A stretch of DNA of 63,581 nt, the filler included, from Stramenopiles sp. TOSAG23-3 (lineage: Eukaryota), in the NCBI GenBank assembly GCA_900128585.1. It is 25 parts of 25 records of this genome, joined end to end, with 100 filler letters (N's around TTAATTAATTAA, not from the genome) between each part and the next. Parts side by side here need not be neighbours in the genome. Positions count along the whole stretch, not along the records: positions 56,096 to 58,526 come from LT644815.1; positions 58,627 to 61,055 come from LT644816.1; positions 61,156 to 63,581 come from LT644817.1; 22 more parts are not named here. One strand, 5' to 3'. The position numbers were made by a program, and so were the translations under genes. This document shows, in pieces, positions 56,978-63,581 of this stretch (positions are counted from its first letter, which is position 1; each line of letters starts with the position of its first letter). Below the pieces are notes generated by a model that was not told the DNA's origin, searched no databases, and saw only the letters and a program-made list of their open reading frames with translations.

Positions 56978-57979
56978 TCAGTAATCGTCGCCGTCACCAG
57001 AGCTGTCATCGCTGCCACTGCCGTCTGAGGAGCTGCTACTGCTGCCACTGGATATGCCAGCGTACCTTTTCTTCTTGGCACGTTTCGGGGCCGCCGCCAC
57101 CGTCCCCTTCTCGTTTCCAGCCCCGGCGTCTTTTTTCTTGCCGTCCTCGTCAAACTTTGAGTACTTTTCGTCGAGCCTTGCTCGTTCTTGGGCTTGAACG
57201 ATCAGTGCGCGCACTTCGTCCGGCTCGTCCGATAAATCGTCCCCGTCCCCATACATATCTTCATAGGCATCGCTGGCCTCACTATGCCCCGTTGTCCCCG
57301 TCCCACCGACCGAGCCCTCCCCCATCGCGTTCAGCAAATTCTGGTTTTTGATGGAGTAAATGAGCTCCTCTGCTTCGTCCAGGGCCTTCGAGCCGTGCAA
57401 GCCCCCGGGGCGTTTCAGAGAGGCACCATTCATGGCATTCTCAGGAAGTCCTTCGGTCACACCTGGTTCTCCCACCCCCCCCGTCTCGCCGTCGAGGCCC
57501 GCCGCCTCCGCGAGCAGCATTTCTATTTCGTCCTCCACGTCCAAGTCGTCGACGGCAGCGTCGTGGGCGATTCCTATCTCGTAAGAACTTTCCTTCAAGA
57601 ACCCCATAATGTCACCACCATGCATGGGTGCCACAGGTCCTTCGCTGGACCTCAAGAACTCGTTTGTAGCGCGTTCCACCGCAGCCTCGTCCGTTGCTTT
57701 GGGTGCACTCGGTTTGCTGCCACCGGACGCGACCGCCTTGTTCCCCGTTAGTTTCTCAAAGCGCTGGAAGAGTTCGTCCGCGGTCGACCCCGCCACTTGG
57801 TTTCCGTCCTTGTCTATGTCTCCCTTGAGGACTTTCAGTCTATTCTCCAGCTCGCCTATAGTCGCAGGCGGAGTCCCCGTGGACTTTAGCTCATCGAAGC
57901 GGGACTGGAGCAGTTTCAACCTTTTGTTGTTCGCGTCCTCGTCGTCACTGCCACTCCCGTTGCCAGGGAAGGACGCCAT
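56978..57979 (-). CDS. Hypothetical acidic protein with repeated short amphipathic helices
   Basis: 333-aa ATG ORF; LQSRFDELK, LENRLKVLK, LFQRFEKLT. Confidence 0.7.
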   Translation of the reverse strand: MASFPGNGSGSDDEDANNKRLKLLQSRFDELKSTGTPPATIGELENRLKVLKGDIDKDGNQVAGSTADELFQRFEKLTGNKAVASGGSKPSAPKATDEAAVERATNEFLRSSEGPVAPMHGGDIMGFLKESSYEIGIAHDAAVDDLDVEDEIEMLLAEAAGLDGETGGVGEPGVTEGLPENAMNGASLKRPGGLHGSKALDEAEELIYSIKNQNLLNAMGEGSVGGTGTTGHSEASDAYEDMYGDGDDLSDEPDEVRALIVQAQERARLDEKYSKFDEDGKKKDAGAGNEKGTVAAAPKRAKKKRYAGISSGSSSSSSDGSGSDDSSGDGDDY

Positions 57980-58415
57980 TCCTACCTTTTACTGACACTC
58001 GTTCCGGTTCGACCACTATACCATGCTTTTAACTCTTCATACAGATACAACAATTTAAACAGAAAAGATAAGGACGAACACAGTGCTTCTGTAAACGTTT
58101 CTTTCTATCAATTAAGTAATTCAAATGTATACTATATATAAGAATACAATTGCTTTTGAATATAATAATAATAAAATCTAAAATCTAAATTGGAATTATT
58201 ATTATTATTATATTTTTTTTTTTACATAATAAGAATGAAGACCATTATATATATCATCTATTTTTTTTAATAATAAAATATAAAAATATTCCATTGTTGT
58301 GTTGTTGATACAGTACGAGGTAGTTGTTGTTTTTTTTATTCTTTCTTCTTCTATCTATCTACTCGTATTATTATTATCTCTACTATTAAATATTATTAGA
58401 CACTGGTATTTTAAA

Positions 58416-58526
58416 AAAGAAGAAAAGAAGGAAAGAAGGAAAGAAGAAAAGAAGGAAAGAAGGAAAGAAGGAAAGAAGGAAAGAAGGAAAGAAGGAAAGA
58501 AGGAAAGAAGGAAAGAAGGAAAGAAG
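58416..58526 (+). repeat. Purine tandem repeat (GAAGGAAA)n
   Basis: Visible tandem units at the contig end. Confidence 0.93.
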
Positions 58527-58626
58527 NNNNNNNNNNNNNNNNNNNNNNNNNNNNNNNNNNNNNNNNNNNNTTAATTAATTAANNNNNNNNNNNNNNNNNN
58601 NNNNNNNNNNNNNNNNNNNNNNNNNN

Positions 58627-58892
58627 TGCGAGCCGAAAAGCCACCCTCGAAGGCCCCGTTTTTCAATGGTATGTTTGCATTTTCTAGAACGGCAAAGTCG
58701 AAAAACAAGAAAAAACTGACCGCAGTCACACCTATACAGGAACCATCCAGCGAAACCAAACAAGCGAATGCGACACCTAATAAGGACAATGCCAGCAAAA
58801 AAACGCCTCAAGTTCTTCAAGCTGGAATAAGCATCGATGTACCTCCTCCTCCAGGGAAGAAGACGAGCAATCCAAAGCGATTGTCTTTGTAA
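58627..58892 (+). CDS. C-terminal fragment of a hypothetical protein
   Basis: Coding-like frame from the contig start to TAA 58892. Confidence 0.45.
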
Positions 58893-59376
58893 TTTAGCAG
58901 GTAGATAGCATCGAGTCCAGTAGAAATGGGCTTTTTTCAGTAATTAGAGAGCAAAAGTCGTATATTCAAAATAATTATTTAATAAAATTTAAAACAACAA
59001 CAGCAAAATAGCAAGGACTAAATATATAATAATTAAAAATTTCAAAAAACAAAGAACAACAATTTTCTTCGTACTACTACCTGCCGTGCCGCTTCCTCCT
59101 CTGCCCCTGCTATTCTATTTTTTTTAATGCTTTGCTTTCCAAGAGGTTGTTTGTTTCTTGTTGTTGTTAAAAAAAACAAAAGGCTTTTTTCAATTCGAAG
59201 TAAAGGAAAAAAAGCAATCAATATTGATGCAGTCGTTCAAAAAAATCAGACCACAAAGGATTTAGCTCTTTCAGTTAATATTAACATTTAGTTATGGAAT
59301 CAAGTCGTTTCTGTTACAAACTTGAAGGCAATTGAAAGATATTAATATACTTTTATATTGCATTTTACGTGACGAT

Positions 59377-61005
59377 ATGGACGATTCAAACATTTGCGTC
59401 GGGGATCGAGTTGCGTTCAAGGGGCGTTCGGGTACTTCCTATCGAGGCACAGTTCGGTATATTGGTAAGTTGAGTGGAAAAGAGGGAGAATTTATTGGTT
59501 GTGAATTACGCGCCCCGCATGGTACCAACAATGGACGTGGTTACTTTGAATGCCGTGATAGGCACGGTATATTTATCCGTCCCTCATCGGTGACCAGTAT
59601 TATATCAAAGGGACAAGACAATGGAAGAGGTGGGCGTGGGGCCGGTGGAGGGAGGAGTGCGCTGTCCGATTACAACAATCTAGACAATGGCCTTCATCAG
59701 CCGGGTCGAGGTTCGAGGGAAAAGATGCCTGGAAAATATAGTGCAGCACGTTCCCACGAACTGAATGACCAGTACATGGAGGATTTTGAGCGGGGCTTCG
59801 AAGAGCTGCGGCTAGCAGCTGGGGGTTCAAAGTCCAGCGGAGCTGGGAGCAAACCGGTCTCCCGTACATTTGGCTCGAAAACGGGCGGTGGCCGTAACCT
59901 TGGGTTTGGCTGGTCTGGGGTGGAAAACGAAGGTCGAATGGCTCGGGGTTGGGCCCATGGTCCAAGTGATCCCTCCGGCAGACTCTTTAATGCGTCTGAT
60001 AGAAACATTTTGTGCATGAGCTTGCTGGGCTCTTCGTGCGTGGTTGGCAGCGCTGATCACGGCCTTAAAGAGTTCAACATTGAAACCTGCAAAATGACTC
60101 GTAACTTATACACAAAAAAGTATGGCCACAGTGAGTGGGTCACTTGCGTCACCCACATTCCTGACGGGCGGGTACTATCAGGCGGGATGGACAACAAGCT
60201 TTGCTTATGGAGTTCATCGGGCACACGGTGCAATGATTTGATCGGACATTCCAGCTCTGTCTCGTGCGTTGTGGCTTCCAGCAATTGTAAGTACGCCCTA
60301 AGCGGGGGCTACGACAAAACAATTCGGGTCTGGAATTTAAAAGGGGCCGGTTCTGAGGCGGCTTGCTTGATGGGGCACAAAGCCCCTGTCATGTGCATGG
60401 ACTGGGCCAGTTATGGTGTAGATGGGGGCAACACTGGTTTGTTGCTGAGTGGCTCTCGTGATGGCGTGGCAGTCGTATGGGATATCGGGGCAGGGAGCGA
60501 CGCCCGGTTGCTCAAGGGCCACAGGGGTCACATTACTGCAGTATCGTGGGTAAACGGAGAGGCAATGTGTCTGACGGGCGCGCAAGATGGCCGTGTTCAG
60601 ATTTGGGACGCTCGAACGAGCGAATCGGTTGCCCGAATTCCGGCGCATATAGGGGGTGCCGTAAACGATATCGTGTGTTCAAGTGATAACGGTGTGAATG
60701 GCGGGCCGCTGATAGCTACCTCTGGCGCTGACAAAAAGATCCAGTTGCTTGATCCCCGATCGGGTTTTCGGCCTTTAGCCACAATTGAACATCACAAAGA
60801 CTTTATTTACTCGATGAAATCAATAGGCGCAAATCTTCTCACTGGTGGGGGAGACGGTATTTTGCTAGTTCACGAATTCAGCACGGGAAAATTGTTGTAT
60901 GGCTTAGGCGCTAACCAAGGGGCTGTACGATGCATTGCAGGAACTGAAGACAAACTGGTAGCTGCTGGAGATGATGGAAACGCATTGGTTTACGATTTTC
61001 TGTAA
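59377..61005 (+). CDS. CAP-Gly + WD40-repeat protein
   Basis: VGDRV...GTVRYIG...FIGCEL...GTNNG...YFEC...GIFIRPS; Gly-rich linker; multiple GH...WD/WN repeats. Confidence 0.92.
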   Translation: MDDSNICVGDRVAFKGRSGTSYRGTVRYIGKLSGKEGEFIGCELRAPHGTNNGRGYFECRDRHGIFIRPSSVTSIISKGQDNGRGGRGAGGGRSALSDYNNLDNGLHQPGRGSREKMPGKYSAARSHELNDQYMEDFERGFEELRLAAGGSKSSGAGSKPVSRTFGSKTGGGRNLGFGWSGVENEGRMARGWAHGPSDPSGRLFNASDRNILCMSLLGSSCVVGSADHGLKEFNIETCKMTRNLYTKKYGHSEWVTCVTHIPDGRVLSGGMDNKLCLWSSSGTRCNDLIGHSSSVSCVVASSNCKYALSGGYDKTIRVWNLKGAGSEAACLMGHKAPVMCMDWASYGVDGGNTGLLLSGSRDGVAVVWDIGAGSDARLLKGHRGHITAVSWVNGEAMCLTGAQDGRVQIWDARTSESVARIPAHIGGAVNDIVCSSDNGVNGGPLIATSGADKKIQLLDPRSGFRPLATIEHHKDFIYSMKSIGANLLTGGGDGILLVHEFSTGKLLYGLGANQGAVRCIAGTEDKLVAAGDDGNALVYDFL

Positions 61006-61213
61006 AAAGTGACACACGCAAAATTAAATACAGCCATATAAAAAAACAAAATATANNNNNNNNNNNNNNNNNNNNNNNNNNNNNNNNNNNNNNNNNNNNT
61101 TAATTAATTAANNNNNNNNNNNNNNNNNNNNNNNNNNNNNNNNNNNNNNNNNNNNACGACAGTCGTTATTTTTTTTTTCAAAAAAAGATGAAGAAGGATT
61201 TATTGCTTTTATT

Positions 61214-61522
61214 TTGATAACCATTTCCATTTTGATAACCCAAAAAAATGGCCAATCCCTTTTGCATAATTTGAAACATTTTGAACAGGCCGCAAACTCG
61301 CATATTGTTCTGGACTTGTGGAACAGTGATTATGAAACGGCTGACGACGAAGCAATGCACGAGAAGCTTTACATAGACAAGCATTCCCCCTTTCCACTAA
61401 AATCCTTTGCGCTTTTGGGCATTTTGCCAAAAGATTTGATCAACACCGTGAAACAAGCATTTTCCCCTAGTGCAGGAATCGGACTTTCCGAAACGGGAGG
61501 GAAAGTTGCCGAAAAGCCGTAG
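61214..61522 (+). CDS. C-terminal fragment of a hypothetical protein
   Basis: Coding-like frame ending at TAG 61522, followed by motif A. Confidence 0.45.
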   Translation: MITISILITQKNGQSLLHNLKHFEQAANSHIVLDLWNSDYETADDEAMHEKLYIDKHSPFPLKSFALLGILPKDLINTVKQAFSPSAGIGLSETGGKVAEKP

Positions 61523-61570
61523 TCTTCAAGGTGTGTTAATATATTTTTTCAGTAGTAAGAGATTATATTA

Positions 61571-61611
61571 TAAAAACAAAAAATTGGCTGTTATTTAAGT
61601 AATTAAAATTT
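61571..61611 (+). promoter_or_regulatory. 3'-end motif A, near-consensus copy
   Basis: TAAAAACAAAAAATTGGCTGTTATTTAAGTAATTAAAATTT, 49 nt after the stop. Confidence 0.65.
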
Positions 61612-62342
61612 ATGTTCCTCAGAGATTATAATATAGTACTTATTTATTTATTAATTATTTTTAAGTTTTCATTGTTGTACAATCCAATTACTCCATGCTG
61701 TATTAACGTTATAAATTAGGGTTCATTTTGGTCCCCTTGATCCTTCCTTGATCTTCCTGTCTCTCTCGCTCTCTCGTTACCCTTCCCTCATTCACAAAAT
61801 GTGTGAAACGAATATCTAATTTAAAATAAGAAAAGTGGTCTTTTTGTTCGTTACTTTTTTTTGTTGATGCTATTCTTATACGTAATCTAGTGTAAGTGAA
61901 TAACATACGGTACGTAGTCTACGAAAATAGTATGACATATTTATATTCCTCGAACTTTTATCGGTTTCACGACGATAGTTAAATAGAATTGAGATATTCG
62001 TTGTATGATTATTGTTAACTCTCTCTCTCCCTATGATTATGTATATTTATAGGAAAAGTTAAAGTTGGAAAAATTTAGTGCGGTAGTATGAACGGTGCGA
62101 CTACGGTACAGGAACTAACATCAAACAAACAACAACGAACGAACGAAGCAAACAGGCGGGATAACAAAAAGCATGCATGAAGACTCAACATTTTGACTGT
62201 TTCCTCACACAATTGATCGTTCATTGGAAAAACTACTTTAGCACCAATAAAGTTATCCTTGCCATTTTGAAATAAGTAAAACACCACCACAAAATATACT
62301 ACCGTTAATTTATAATCGCCGTAAAATTTAACAAATTGCAAC

Positions 62343-63392
62343 ATGGGAAATAACATAAACTTGCAAATATCATCTGAGGAGAAGCATGCAGATGCTCTCG
62401 TGGCGTTTAGGGGTTATACACAAGCGCAAGCGGACGAAGTAACCCAGGCTTACAAGCAAGCTGATATGGAATTTGGTCTGACTGTAGATGCGTTGACTAC
62501 ATTACTCAAGGACGAGGGTTTGGCCAAGAAGGTCAAAGATGCGTACGCTCGAGGGGCCAATGGGACCACTATTAATGCCCTGGAGTTTCTATCAACATTA
62601 GCATTGATTGCAAATGGTAACACCACTGAGACTGCGGACTCGTTGTTCACTACTTTTGATTTCAACGACAAAAACTCTATCTCTTTCGATGAACTTACAA
62701 TATTGGTAATTTCTGTTTGTCGTGGTTTGAAAGTTGCAACAGGATTAGGCCAAGAACCCGCCGATGAAAAAATCGAGGAAGTCACAAAGACAAAGTTTGA
62801 CCCAGATGGTGAAGTTAGCCGTGAAGACTTCAAGCAATTTGTTATCGATCTTCTTAACGTTAAAAGCGGCGATTTGCCCTACACGGGGACTATCTTTCGA
62901 GCGTTCGGGATCGATGTTCCAGATCCAACACCAGATGTCCCTGCAGAAGACGCCGCCCCAGCTGCGGAGGAAAAGCCAGCCGAAGAAGCTGCCCCAGTCG
63001 CCGAGGAAAAGCCCACCGAGGAAGCTGCTCCAGCCGCTGCAGAGGAAAAGCCAGCCGAGGAAGCTGCCCCTGCCGCTGAGGAAAAGCCCGCCGAGGAAGC
63101 TGCCCCAGCCGCCGAGGAAAAGCCAGCCGAGGAAGCTGCTCCAGGCGCTGCAGAGGAAAAGCCAGCCGAGGAAGCTGCCCCAGCCGCCGAGGAAAAGCCA
63201 GTCGAGGAAGCTGCCCCAGCTGCCGAGGAAGCTGCCCCAGCCGCTGAGGAAAAGCCAGCCGAGGAAGCTGCCCCAGCCGCCGAGGAAAAGCCAGCCGAGG
63301 AAGCTGCCCCAGCCGCTGAGGAAAAGCCAGCCGAAGATGCAGCCGCTAAGCCAGCCGAAGAAGTCAAGGAGGAAAGCAAACCGGCCGAGTAA
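62343..63392 (+). CDS. EF-hand Ca-binding protein, probably N-myristoylated, with [12 protein letters not shown] repeat tail
   Basis: MGNN start; [14 protein letters not shown] loop and a second degenerate DGEVSREDF; about 11 tandem ~12-aa repeats at 62939-63350. Confidence 0.85.
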   Translation: MGNNINLQISSEEKHADALVAFRGYTQAQADEVTQAYKQADMEFGLTVDALTTLLKDEGLAKKVKDAYARGANGTTINALEFLSTLALIANGNTTETADSLFTTFDFNDKNSISFDELTILVISVCRGLKVATGLGQEPADEKIEEVTKTKFDPDGEVSREDFKQFVIDLLNVKSGDLPYTGTIFRAFGIDVPDPTPDVPAEDAAPAAEEKPAEEAAPVAEEKPTEEAAPAAAEEKPAEEAAPAAEEKPAEEAAPAAEEKPAEEAAPGAAEEKPAEEAAPAAEEKPVEEAAPAAEEAAPAAEEKPAEEAAPAAEEKPAEEAAPAAEEKPAEDAAAKPAEEVKEESKPAE

Positions 63393-63581
63393 TCGTAATG
63401 GTAAAAAGAGAGACCAACAGCCAACACATTTCAACAAAAATACAAACAAAGTACATAAAATTTTAAGAGTAAATATATTTAATCAAAAAATTGGCTGTTA
63501 TTTTACATCTGTATGTGTATACGAACCCGAAACGATCAAACTCAATACCGATCATTATTTCATTGAGCAGTACCACAGACA

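Noticed and set aside
1-63581. Functional clustering among neighbouring genes
   Set aside because: Contigs are ordered by length, so adjacency across spacers carries no information

Overview
This is not a continuous locus. It is 25 short contigs (about 2.43-2.47 kb, in decreasing length order) joined by 24 artificial 100-nt spacers (N44-TTAATTAATTAA-N44), so adjacency across a spacer has no biological meaning. The DNA is eukaryotic and intron-poor, with roughly 45-65% GC coding blocks and very AT-rich intergenic DNA. Gene content (7TM-TKL kinase fusion, Cdc25, nuclear ATP synthase subunit b, Afi1/DENN, POMP-like surface protein) fits a heterotrophic stramenopile-like protist (inference), and two exact 79-bp fold-back contig ends point to an amplified (MDA, single-cell type) assembly. 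Recognisable genes: SLC25 carrier, BAG protein, PhyH dioxygenase, WW-IQ-ankyrin protein, F-box/LRR, C9orf85, TM-KH protein, Afi1, PH/Niban-like, cNMP-binding protein, Cdc25, PFDN5, MFS transporter, GPCR-TKL, ATP4, CAP-Gly-WD40 and an EF-hand protein. The main unexplained signals are: (1) two related ~40-nt motifs (A and B) lying mostly in sense orientation shortly after stop codons on more than half the contigs, forming imperfect palindromes and capping a dispersed 200-300-bp repeat; (2) an A-rich two-ORF GIY-YIG element whose ORFs are in frame and separated by a single TGA; (3) three distinct MITE-like elements on one gene-free contig; (4) a contig made of coding-like fragments on alternating strands.
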